From assembly GCF_009914755.1 (NCBI RefSeq), contig NC_060932.1: DNA of 64,000 bases. One strand, 5' to 3'. Position 1 is the first letter of the stretch, and each line of letters starts with the position of its first letter. The notes under the pieces were generated by a model. That model was not told where the DNA came from, made no database searches, and saw nothing but the letters and a program-made list of their open reading frames with translations. A program made the translations under genes and the position numbers. This DNA comes from the human T2T-CHM13v2.0 reference genome, Homo sapiens. This document shows positions 26,316 through 40,171 of the stretch, one piece after another.

Positions 26316-26669
26316 TATATTAGTCCATTTCCACACTGCTGGTAAAGACATACCCAAGACTGGGAAGAAAAACAGGTTTAATTGGACTTACAGTTCCACA
26401 TGTCTGGGGAGGCTTCAGAAGCATAGCAGGAAGCCAAAGGCACTTCTTATGTGGCAGCAGCAAGAGAAAATGAGGAAGAAGCAAAAGCAGAAACCCCTGA
26501 TAAACCTATCAGGTCTTGTGAGACTTATTAACTATCATGAGAATAGCAGGGGAAAGACCAGCCTCCATGATTCAATTACCTCCCCCTTGGTCCCTCCCAC
26601 AACACATGGGAATTCTGGGAGATACAAGTCAAGTTGAGATTTGGGTGGGGACAGAGTCAAACCATATCA
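26316..26669 (-). mobile_element. THE1 (THE1C-like) MaLR solo LTR
   Basis: tattagtccatttccacactgctggtaaagacatacccaagactgggaagaaaaa...gagatttgggtggggacagagtcaaaccatatca. Confidence 0.92.
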
Positions 26670-26689
26670 CACATTGTTACATTTCTTCC

Positions 26690-26869
26690 CTGTTTTATAA
26701 ACCTCTAGTTTAGTCAGTCAGAGAGATGGATTTGAGACGGAGCTCCTATCTCTTCAGTTGCAGCACCAGATTAAAGAATTCTTCCTTGGCAATACTTGCG
26801 GTCTCAGTGATTGGCTTTCTCTGCGATGAGTAGCAGGACCTAGCCTGAATCCCTGATGTTTTGGTAACA
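26690..26869 (+). mobile_element. ERV1 LTR 3' part (MER66-like)
   Basis: ggatttgagacggagctcc...gattaaag...ttccttggcaatac...cagtgattggctttc...gttttggtaaca. Confidence 0.7.
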
Positions 26870-26877
26870 AATGTGCT

Positions 26878-27790
26878 AACAACTCCCAAATGTGCACCTC
26901 TAGCCAGACTTTTACACTGAAATCCAGACACATCTATACAACTGTCTACAAATTACTTGTCCAACTTTTAAACTCCATTTGTCTCAAACCAATCTTCTGC
27001 TTCTCTCCACCAAAACCTACTCCTCTCCTCATCTCTCTAATCTCAATAAAATCTCTTTACTTAGTTCACAAGTCTTAGAATCATTATTTGGTTTCTTTCT
27101 TTCATGTCTACAAATAAAATAAATTAGTAAATCCTGCCAGATTTTTCCTCAAAATATTTTGAGAGTCTTACCACTTTTCGTGACTTACATTTCTACCACT
27201 CTATACAAAAATATAATCACCTATGAACAGGACACCTATTAACAGTCTCTGGACTGTTCTTCCTGCATTTATTCTTGTCCCTGTAGTCTTTTTGTTGTTG
27301 TTGTTTTTTATGTGGCAGCCATGACGAGTCTCTTAATAAATTCAATAATATAATGCTATGTTATAGCTATTCAAATGGATTCCCGTCCTAATAGAATAAA
27401 TATCAGAATCACTTAAAGCAGCTTACAGAATTCAATTTCATCTACTTTTCTCAATTCATTATCTGTCAAAACACTATCTCTCTTCTTCAGCTACATTTGT
27501 CTTCTTAGGTTTATTTAACATGTTAAGCATGTTCTATATCTTAGCCTTTGAACTCATTCTTTTTCTCTTTTTGGAGTGTACTTCCTATGGATATGCACAT
27601 GTCTGGTTCCTTCAACTCTTACCCTTTAAGTCTTTTTCTTTGTATATCTATCTTTGTACACATGTATATAGATATTGTATACAAATGCTTTATTGTCTAT
27701 ATATTCTCACCAAATGTAGCAGGTAAGACAGTGCTAATAATTCCTGATATATAAACAATTTTAATACATTTTGAATGAACAGATAAATGA
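26878..27790 (+). mobile_element. L2 LINE 3' region
   Basis: actcccaaatgtgcacctctagccagac...ccagacacatctatacaactgtcta, caaaacctactcctctcc, tail ttgaatgaacagataaatga. Confidence 0.7.
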
Positions 27791-28329
27791 GGAATTTAGT
27801 TCTGAGGCTCATCTTATCATTTTGGGAATTTGTATATGGTCTTCCTGATATTTTAAGTCATGTTTTTTCCTAATGGGATTGGACTTGGCTGCTCTCACAG
27901 AAGACCTGTGATTTCCTGGCCAGAAATCTGTGCTCCAGCCTGTCTATGAAGAACTTCACCCTGAATCAAGTCTCACCATCATTAATCTGGCTAGGTCATC
28001 CTACACCTTGGAAGGTGGAATTAATTTAAAATTCAATGATGTCTTCTCTGCATTCAGATGCAGGTGGTGATATATCACCATCTAAACAGAGAGGTGACTT
28101 GTTTTTGCTTTAAATAGAGTTTCTTTGTTTTAAACTCCATCAAGAACCTATTACATATTCATTTATTTGGGCAGGTTTGATATAAAAGGTTGTAGATGTC
28201 ACAATTTTCCATGTCTCCTGGTGTAAATTAAGTCTGACTTCTGATCTATTTGGGTGAATGTCATAAAAAATCATTATTACTAAATAAACATATTGAGATA
28301 TGTAAGTAAATAGCAAATTCAGGATTAGC

Positions 28330-28594
28330 TTTTTTTTTTTTTTTTTTGAGATGGAGTGTGATCTCTGCTCACTGCAACCTCCGACTCCGAGTTTCAAGCA
28401 ATTCTCCTGCCTTTGCCTCCCAAGTAGCTGTGATTACAGGCACGCGTCACCAAGTCCAGCTAATTTTTGTATTTTTAGTAGAGACGGGGTTTCACCATGT
28501 TGGCCAGGATGGTCTCGATCTCCTGACCTCGTGATCCACCGGCCTCGGCCTCCCAAAGTGCTGGGATTACAGGCATGAGCCACCGTGCCCAGCC
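28330..28594 (-). mobile_element. AluSc-like, with ~33-bp deletion near its 3' end
   Basis: ggatggtctcgatctcctgacctcgtgat diagnostic. TSD aggattagc/agggctagc. Confidence 0.93.
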
Positions 28595-29031
28595 AGGGCT
28601 AGCATTTTCTTACCATTTTGCCTTTTTATTCTAATAACTTTTGAGCAAAACTAAACTTTTAACAAAATGCCATTTTTAAAATTCTGGGATTAATGATTCC
28701 GAATTTAAAAATCATACATACTTGAATTTTTTTGAAATGAAATAATGATATATGATCTCAATACACCTTAATAAAACTACAATGAAAGTAGAATGCTGCT
28801 GATCGAATGATACATGACATGTACTATATCAATTCAATTGGAAAAGATTCACTAAATAGTAATATTGAATTGGATTTCTATTTGGAAAAGAATGGTGTAT
28901 ATAAAATAAATTTCAGATAGATTAAAGACAAAATTTTAACATTTAGATTACATAATCAGAAAATGATTCTATAACCTATGAAGCAGTAGTCATTCTAGAT
29001 GAAAATTTAAATCTGTAACCCATGAAGATGA

Positions 29032-29912
<881 letters not shown>

Positions 29913-31096
29913 AATACATGCAATTTACATACCATTTCAAAGTTTAATATCACTAATACACTTAGAATTTCTAAACTAAAGAAAAGAAATTTGTTTTAAT
30001 TAGAAGAATACTGGAATTCAGTTCATAGAAAAGGCAATATAGGTAGGCAATGATCCGAACATTTTTTTCAACCATATTAGAAGTTGCTGAAATGCAAATT
30101 TAGGAAATGAAATACCAAATTTTCAAATAGACAAAAACAAACAACTCACCTAATAAACATAAGGAGTGAAAAATGTAGGGACCCTAATACACATCATTAC
30201 TATATTGACAGAAATGTAAATGAGTAAAAAACCCTTCAGAAAGAATTTAATACACTTATTAAAATTCAAAAATGGTTGTATATTTTGATCTCAGAATCCT
30301 CCTCCATAAATTTACTCCATAGAAATAAATCAGTTTATAGTTTACTATATTTTACAATGTTTTTTAATGGTGTTTATTGTTCAAATAAATATAATTTAAT
30401 CTAAATATTTATCAAAAGGAAGGTGATAGAATAAATAATGATACTACCATAAAATAAAAAATTTTGTAACAACTTAAAAATAATAATAAGTTTTACAAAC
30501 ATGGATATATGATAATAACAACCCAGTAGGATCTACAGAATGGTGAAATAATGATAATCTTTGTAATAATTTTGAATAAGCTAGTTCCCAATTGAAGGAG
30601 GTGAAAAACTTATTCCCTACCTCACAGCAAATACAAATATCAATCAAAATAATTTTTACATCTAAATATAAAAAAACAAAATAATACAATTCTATAAATA
30701 AAATAGGAAAATATCTCTTGACCTCTGGATAGGAAACATTGCTTGAACAAAAAACATTTCCCATACAGGAATAGATATCAAAATTGAACACAATTTTGAA
30801 AAATTGAAACAAAAGAAAGAATCACAGCTTATGAATGATAGCATTAAAATAATATGGAATAGAAAGAAAAAAGTCACATAATAGGAGAATATTTACACCA
30901 AAAAATAACAGAAAATTTCACATCTAATAATATTTTTTAAAGTGCTACAATTTAAGAATAAACACCAAAATAGAAAAACAATTAAAAGCCTTAAACAGGC
31001 ATGTCAAAAAGATTAAATATATTAATCATTATTATTTATTAGAAAAATATAAATTAAAAGCTTCAATACCTACCCCCACCACCACTCTGTAATGTT

Positions 31097-31266
31097 GAAA
31101 GAAAAAAGGGGAGGAAGTAAGAAAGGCAGAAAGGAAAGGAAGAATGTGGAAACAAAGGAAAGAAGGCAGGCATGGAAAGGAAGGAAGGAAAGAAAAAGAA
31201 AAACAGAAGGAAGGAGGAGAATGAGGGAGAGAGGGAACAAGAGAGAGAGGGAGGAAGAAAGAGAAC
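31097..31266. repeat. Polypurine (GA-rich) low-complexity tract
   Basis: gaaagaaaaaaggggaggaag...gggaggaagaaagagaac, almost only purines. Confidence 0.85.
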
Positions 31267-33194
31267 AAAATGCTACTAAGTATTGGCACAAATAGGAATC
31301 ATGGCAAATTGCTGAATATATGGTGATTACTCACTTTGTAAAACTAGAACTTTCTATGAACCTTAGAAATATGTGGTACCCCTATGACTTAGCAGTGTTT
31401 ATCCTAGACATATACCCCAGAAATTTATACAAATTCAAAGAAAGAAAATATTTTAATAATGTCCATAGAAGTATTATGCTAATAGTCACAAACTGGAAAC
31501 AATTCAAATTTTCCTAACCAGCAAAATGCTTGAAAAGTGAACATGACTTCCTAAGATGGAATAATATACTACAATAAAAATGGAGAAAAACGGTAAAAAA
31601 AAAAAGCCACATAAAAATGATGCATACCATGTTATTGTATTTTTAAAATAAAAAAGAGAGTATTAGAGATACAAACTCAGATGGTAAAATCATAAGGAAA
31701 AAGAAAAAATTGCTATAAAAATTAATAAAGAGAGTATTTTTGTTAGGAATATTGGTGAGTAGGAGAAAATGTGAGAAACTTTTAGAGTTGTTAGTAATGG
31801 TCTTTTATATAATTTTGTGCTTATTCAAGTGTCTGCTTTGTGATAAAACATAGATCTGTTTTCCTTTTTGTTCAACTCTTAGAAATATAAACCATTTTTC
31901 ACATTATAGAGGTTACAAAATTTAGCTTGACCTCTTATTCTCTGAAGCGGTTTTATAAAAAAAAGGCAAGCATTAATATTCTAGCATTAAAGGATTCACA
32001 GTATGAAACAAATGATGTTATTATCTTTATTCAATAATTGATAATAGCTTAGTATTTTACATTTAAAAATATTTGTTATTATGAATTCCATCTACTCAAT
32101 CTCTATGACAAGGAAAAAAATGCCTTAGTATGTTGATGGCAGAAATGTTGGAGCACATTTTTTTCTATAAAAGAGAAATTGAGCTTTAGTTTCGTTGAAT
32201 GATTTGGCTTAAGATACACAGATACTTGGGGGCAGAGACAGAAAATAAAGCAAGGTGCTACAAAGTCAGTGTGTTACTAATATATAGTACAAGCTTTCCA
32301 TAATATAGATATGCCCAAATGTCAACTCTTCTATATGTTTATACTTCCTGTGCCTCTATAAAATTATTGTTTGCAGTTAACCTCTTCATGCTTTCTACAG
32401 ATTTTCATATCTAACCAGGTTGGATTATGGGGAAAAGAAACAATAGACTTTAAATGTTTGGAACTGGCTAGAAGAGTGACATATAATTAAGTTAAGAAAA
32501 GATTTGATGAATAGAAAACAGGAATACTAGTTGCTCTGTTAGTCAATTTAAAAGTGTCAAATCTCTGGAAGGAATTACCTTCAGCAGAACACAAACTTAT
32601 ATGGATACTATGGACTTCATTGGCACAACCATGTAAACTGTCTATATGTACATTTTTCCTCTCTGTTGGAAGGACATTTTGTAATTCCAAGAGAAAATTT
32701 GATATTTAAATATGATTTGAATTGAAATGGGGCACTGGAAATAAAAAAATAGATACTATTCACAAATTATTAAATGTGATAGAATTAGCGACGTTTCAAA
32801 TTCATCTTATGTTTAACATAAGTGGAGTATTGACAGTTTTAAACAATTTCTTATTATTCTTAAAAATCATTTATTTGATGTTGATTTTATCTTAAATATT
32901 ACCCTCCTATATATTTCACTTCTCATCCAAAATTTTTTAAAGAATAACCCACTATTGTCATCTCCATTTCCCTGGCTTCCAATCATTCCCCAGTTTCTTT
33001 CAATCAGCTAACTGCCCCACCCTAATTGTGCTGATTGCTTAAGGTCTTTTTTTTTTTTCTTATAGTTTTCTAATCTAATGGAATAGCTCATCATGTTTCA
33101 CTCTTCTGAAAGTAATTTTTCCAAAGTTATGTGAAATTATAACAAAGCATTACTTATGAGCTTTTATATATGTTAAATTTTTTCTAAAGTTGTG

Positions 33195-34690
<1,496 letters not shown>

Positions 34691-34835
34691 AAAAATAACT
34701 AATGGGTACCAGGCTTGCTACCTGTGTGATGAAATGGTCTGTGCAGCACACCCCCACGACACTAGTTTACCTGTGTAAAAAACCTGCACTTTTATTCCTA
34801 AACTTAAAAATTAAAGAAAAAAAAAAAGAAAAGAA
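34691..34835 (+). mobile_element. Short 3' tail of an L1PA13/14-like element with poly-A
   Basis: aaaaataactaatgggtaccaggctt...cctgtgtgatgaaat...aaacctgcac...aacttaaaaattaaag, then an A-rich tail. Confidence 0.85.
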
Positions 34836-35384
34836 AAGAAACCATGGGCCAATATCCTTGGTGAATATAGATGCAAAAATCCTCCACAAGATACTGGGAA
34901 GCCAAGTTTAACAGCACATTAAAGTGATCATACTCCATGACCAAGTGGGATATAACTCTGGGATGCAAGAATGGTACAACACACGAAATTAAATTGATTA
35001 GAGCACATTAGTAGAATGAAGGATAAAATTATTTGATCATCTCAATACAGGCAGAAAAAGAATTGGAAAATATTAACACCCTTTAACAATAAAAACCCAC
35101 TCTGAACAAACTAGGAATAATAGAAAATTATATCAACATATTAGAGGCCATATATGAATATCCCACAGCTAGTATCATACTCAATGGTGAAAAACTGAAA
35201 GCTTTTACTCTAAGATTGGGATGGAGGCAAGGATGCCCACTCTCATCATTATATTCAACATAGTACCGAAAGTTCTAGCTGGAGCAATTAGGCAAGAACA
35301 AAAAGACAACTAAATTGGAAAAAATGAAGTAAAATTATTGGTTTCCAGATGACATGATATTACATTTAGAAAACCCTAGAGAGT

Positions 35385-35424
<40 letters not shown>

Positions 35425-36018
35425 CATTAGAACTAATAGGTCTAGTTACAGAATATAAAATCAACACACAGAATTCAGCTGTGCTTCTATATATCAAGTC
35501 ACTATCCAAAAAGAAAATTAAGAGAATAATCCCACTTATAGTAGCATCAGAATGAATAAAATATTTAGAATAAACTTAACTGCGGAGATGAATGATTTGT
35601 GCAGTGAAAACTACAAAACATTGCTGAAAGTAAGTAAAGAAAATACAAATAAATGGAAAGTCATCATATGTAAATGGAGTGGGGATTTGATTTTGTTAAA
35701 ATGCTGATACTTCCCAAAAGAATCAACAGATTCAGTGCAATTCAACAAAATTCCAATGGCATTTTTACGGAAGTAGGAAAATGAAATTCCAAATTTCATG
35801 TGGATTCACTAAAGACCCTGAATAACTAAACATTCTTTAGAAAGAAAAACAAAGCTAGATGCATCACCTTTCCTGATTTCAATCTATATTACAAAGATAC
35901 AGTAATTAAAACAGTATAAATCTGGCATTAAAACAGACATATAAACCAATGGAAGAAAAGCAAGTCCAGAATTAAAATCTTTGACAAGGGTACCAAGAAT
36001 GCACAATAGAGAAAGGAT
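34836..36018 (+). mobile_element. L1M ORF2 RT segment, likely the inverted 5' part of the L1 at 33195-34690
   Basis: PISLVNIDAKIL, gcaaggatgcccactctc, gatgacatgat (DDM), ending gacaagggtaccaagaatgcacaatagagaaaggat. (CA)n at ~35386-35422. Confidence 0.85.
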
Positions 36019-37825
36019 GCCTTGAATTCACCTCATCAATCCACCATCTTTTATCATGATAAATCCTATTGTATTTGAAGCCTCAGCCCCTAGGCTTTAT
36101 ACTTTGGAATCCTTCTCTTTATCTCTCACGGAAACAGGCTTCTACTACTTTGCAACTTATTTAGAAATTAATACTTATTTAGAAATTAATAGTTTTGCCA
36201 TAATTTTGTAACTTCTATTTATATATAAGAATAATTGATTCATTTTTAAATTATTCATGTAACAAATATTTTTGAAGATATATGTTGGCTAGATGTTGAG
36301 AATATTTCAGTTTTGAATCCTAAACACAGAAAAATTGTATCTTTAAAAAATATTTGTTATTTGGATAAGAAAAATGAATTAACTATTCTAAAATTCTGCC
36401 ACCCCTTAAAGTTAGAACCTAAGTAAAATTTTAAATTACTTTATAATAACTTAATTTGACAGACATCTACATATCATCTGATGTGTTCAGTATTTATACT
36501 GTCTAGTAGATTCTTTTTACTGCTTGTCTGGAAAGAATAACATATTTTACTTTTCTTAACTTCTAAATATAAGTTTAAGAAATATCAAAGTAAATTCTAG
36601 CAATATTTGTCATGATTCACTGAGTATGTAAATGTAAAACATTCTAAGAAAAAAATGTTTCATTAGGAAAATGCAATCAGTCTTCATGTACCCAAAATCA
36701 TTAGCACAGCACGATACTATTCAGTGGTTGATTAAAAGTATATATTAATATATTTGTATTAATTATATGTGCTACTATGTTACATTGTGCAATGAAACCA
36801 GAAGGAGATATTTCTGACTTTATACAAGACTCTTTTATGCGGTAAAGGCAAAAATTTAGCATTCAAAGATGTCTAGTTAGTAGAAATCGATGAACAGCAA
36901 AACACAACAAATGTATTGTTTTATTGAATAACTTGTTAATGAAGGAAATCTCATATATAAACATTCATGGTTAAATATGACATTTTAACAGTAGCTGCTT
37001 TCAAACTAGCACAAAAATATATACACAAAAATTAGAGAAACCATACAGTTACTAAAAACCATAATGGATAAGGCTTCCAGAATTTAAGAGACGGTAATAA
37101 CATATAATGTCCAATTACATATAAGATTATTTTTATTACATGAAAATGAAAAATCACATCTAGATATTCACCATGAAAGGGAATAGATGATCACAAGATT
37201 CTTTATACAACCATTACTCTCTCATCCCTATATCAAAACCATTATTCCTAACAACTAAAGATATTTGTATATACGTATTTTCCATGTGGGCTCTCCTTCA
37301 GATATTGCTTAAATATTTTTCTGCAACATCTTTCTGTGTCCACTCTGAAGCAGACAGAAGGGAGTGTTGTTGCAGAGGTTAGAGGCAAGAGTACAGAGAG
37401 TTTCCACGATACAAATGACAAAATATAATAGGAACAAAGAAGATTTTGGATTCAACATTTGAAACTGAAAAAAATAAACCATAGTTACAATATTAGCTGC
37501 ATGCCAGAAGAATGGAAAAAAAACTGAAAAGTGTAAAGGCAGCTGAAATAAGCTGATTTCTGTTCACACCAACTTGCAGTTATAGATTTCAGAAACTTGT
37601 TTAACCCCACAACAGAGAAATGACCCAGGCATTATGCAGTTACATATATGTTTATACACAAACATGAAAATTGACAAACAAAAAGTTAAATAGGATTTCC
37701 TTTGTTAGAAGGTAATTACTGAAAATTTTAAAAATAGGTATAAAGAAAAAGTATTTTATTCTATGAAATAGCCAGCAGAACAAGAAGAGGAAAATAGAAA
37801 TTTAAGGACTCCTAAAAATTATATT

Positions 37826-38168
37826 GGTAAAGTTTTTGCCCATTTTTAATCAGTTTTGGGATTTTTTCCATTTGCTTTTATTTTTTCATTGGGTTACTTG
37901 TTTTTTGTTGTTGCTGTTGCTATTGTTGAAGGAATCCTTATGTATTTTGGAAAACAACATCTTGTCAGATACACATTTTGCAAATATTTTCTCCCATTTC
38001 ACAGGTTGCCTTTCCACTCTGTTAATGGATTTCTTTGCTGGGAAGTAGCTTTTAGATTTGGTGTAATTCCACTTGTCTATTTTATTTTTGTTGTCTGTGC
38101 TTTTTGTGTCATAGCCAAGAAATCTATATCTACAATTAATATCAAGAAGCTTTTCCCTTATGTTTTCT
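37826..38168 (-). mobile_element. L1M ORF2 C-terminal fragment
   Basis: ORF 37886-38179 (KIDKWNYTK, NRVERQPVKWEKIFA) is ORF2p-like. Confidence 0.85.
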
Positions 38169-38428
38169 AAAATAGTCAAAATTATAGAAGCAGAGAATAA
38201 TATATTAGATGCCAGAACCTGGGAGTGGGGTGGCAGAAATGGGGGAGTTGTTCAACACACACACACAAAAGGGACACAAGGAAACTTTGGGTATTCAAAA
38301 TATGTCTATTACCTTCATTACAGTGATATCATAGGTGTTTGCATATGTCTAAACTTATCAAATTGTATACATTAAATATGTGCAGTTCTTTGTATATCAA
38401 TTGTACCCCAAGAAAGCTGTTTAAAAAT
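38168..38428 (+). mobile_element. L1MA/L1MB 3'UTR end
   Basis: aaatagtcaaaattatagaagcagagaat...caaattgtatacattaaatatgtgcagttctttgtatatcaatt...aaagctgtt. Confidence 0.82.
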
Positions 38429-40004
38429 TACATTGAAAAAATCTAGCCCTAAAGATCCAAAAAAAAAAAAATGTTATGAACTCATGTGGTATCTCAGTGG
38501 ATCCCAAGAAGACCTACTGTTTATAAAAAGGAACAGAATGCTATAAGAAGACAATAATCTGGAATGAAAATGCTCGGAAAAAGATAAATAGGAAGAGGGG
38601 TAAAATAAATAAGATTTTCAAAATAAAAATATCCAAATTATAATACACTGGATTCAGGAAATAATAAAACAGGAAATGCTGGAAATTAGACAAATTATTA
38701 AGAAAACAAACTTGGATAAATAACCTAAAAGGCAGAAAAGGGATACAGAAAAAAAGTACTGGAAAAGAGATATACAGAGGAGGAGAATAGAGATGAAAAT
38801 TGTGGCTGCTATATTTTCCTTCAAAAACAGACTAGATGCCACTGCACTAAGAAACTGTTAGAAAGGACAAATAAAAAGGAAAGAAAAAGAGATGAGTGAA
38901 GGGAAAACAAATCAGAAAATGTTTAAAGTTCAAGAGCAGGGGAGAATCCTGAGAGCCACATATAGTCCCAAGACCCCTAGAGCCCTCAGACATCTGGGGT
39001 GACACTTATAAACAAACAGTTAAATAAAGTCATTGATTTGAAAAATGAACTAATAAAAAATTGTCAGAAATTTCAGATAATACCTCATAACAAGGTAAGG
39101 CTAGTTTATAGACCTGAATGAAAGGAATGCTCTGAATAGCTTTTTATATCAATGTCAGATAGCTCTAGAGAAGTAATAAGACCAGATTATTTTTGAAAAG
39201 TCTCAGAAAGAAAATACGTGTAAGAAATTGATGGAACCAGAATGTGTGGGGTAGATTCAAGTGATGATTGACAGTGAGCATCAGATAACAGAGAAGAGAA
39301 CAAAGGAAATAAGGAGATAGAACTTCCAGCCTGGAGGTTCCTGTGAAGCAATCGGCTGTCCATAGCTCAGTTGTCCATAACTATAAAAGCAGTGTATAGT
39401 CATAAGTGCAAGTTGTGAATGCACAGGCTCACCCACCAGCATAAGTCAGGTCCTGTTAATCTATTCATCATGTAACATAGCAACCACCTAGCGCAAGACA
39501 TAATATTCCTATCAGTTTTAATGGGCCAAATAGAAAGTTAGAGCACCGAGTTATCAGGAAAATCTTACCAACCAGAAGAATTCACTTTCAGATGATTTCA
39601 ATGTTAAATGCTATCCATGCTTGTGATTTTAATATTCTCACTTTTCTTCAGTGAGTCTTCACTATTTTAAGAGGGAATATTAACGGCTACATTGTATGTC
39701 TGTGCACATGTGAGGACTAAATATATGCAAGCATAATTTTGAATACATCTTAAATATAAAGCCTCTAAAATATTGACTAAACATTAATGTGCCCAAATTC
39801 TGAATTAATTAATATACATATAGCCATTAAGCTGAGGTTAACTACCTGCATAGCCAGGGTGCAGATATAATATGGGCCACATTAGAGCAAAACAGATTCA
39901 CAGCTCCGTACTCATAATCATTGAAAAAGAACACTGTGCCTCTGAGCACCCTCAAAGAGCAGATGAAGAAGCCAGATTGTTGCATTCAAGCAAATTTCAA
40001 GGTA

Positions 40005-40110
40005 ATAGAAAAGATGGAAAATGAGGATTTAAGAATTGACAATTAAGTGAACGAAATGCTCAGAGGTAGCTAGAAAGTGACAAAGGCAGAATTTAAATCC
40101 AATACTTAGA
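40005..40110 (-). mobile_element. MIR fragment
   Basis: agatggaaaatgagg...ttaagtgaac...gctagaaagtgacaaaggcagaatttaaatcca. Confidence 0.6.
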
Positions 40111-40171
40111 ATTATGAAGATAATCTTTTAGTTAATTAAATACAATATATTTAAATTCATTATACCTTGTG

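Noticed and set aside
26158-26637. 159-aa ORF
   Set aside because: Mostly read through an antisense THE1 LTR; chance frame.
28065-28080. 16-bp palindrome tggtgatatatcacca
   Set aside because: About one 8-bp-arm palindrome is expected by chance in 64 kb.
36155-36192. 18-bp tandem acttatttagaaattaat x2 (similar small dimers near 4829 and 18255)
   Set aside because: Ordinary slippage duplications in AT-rich DNA.
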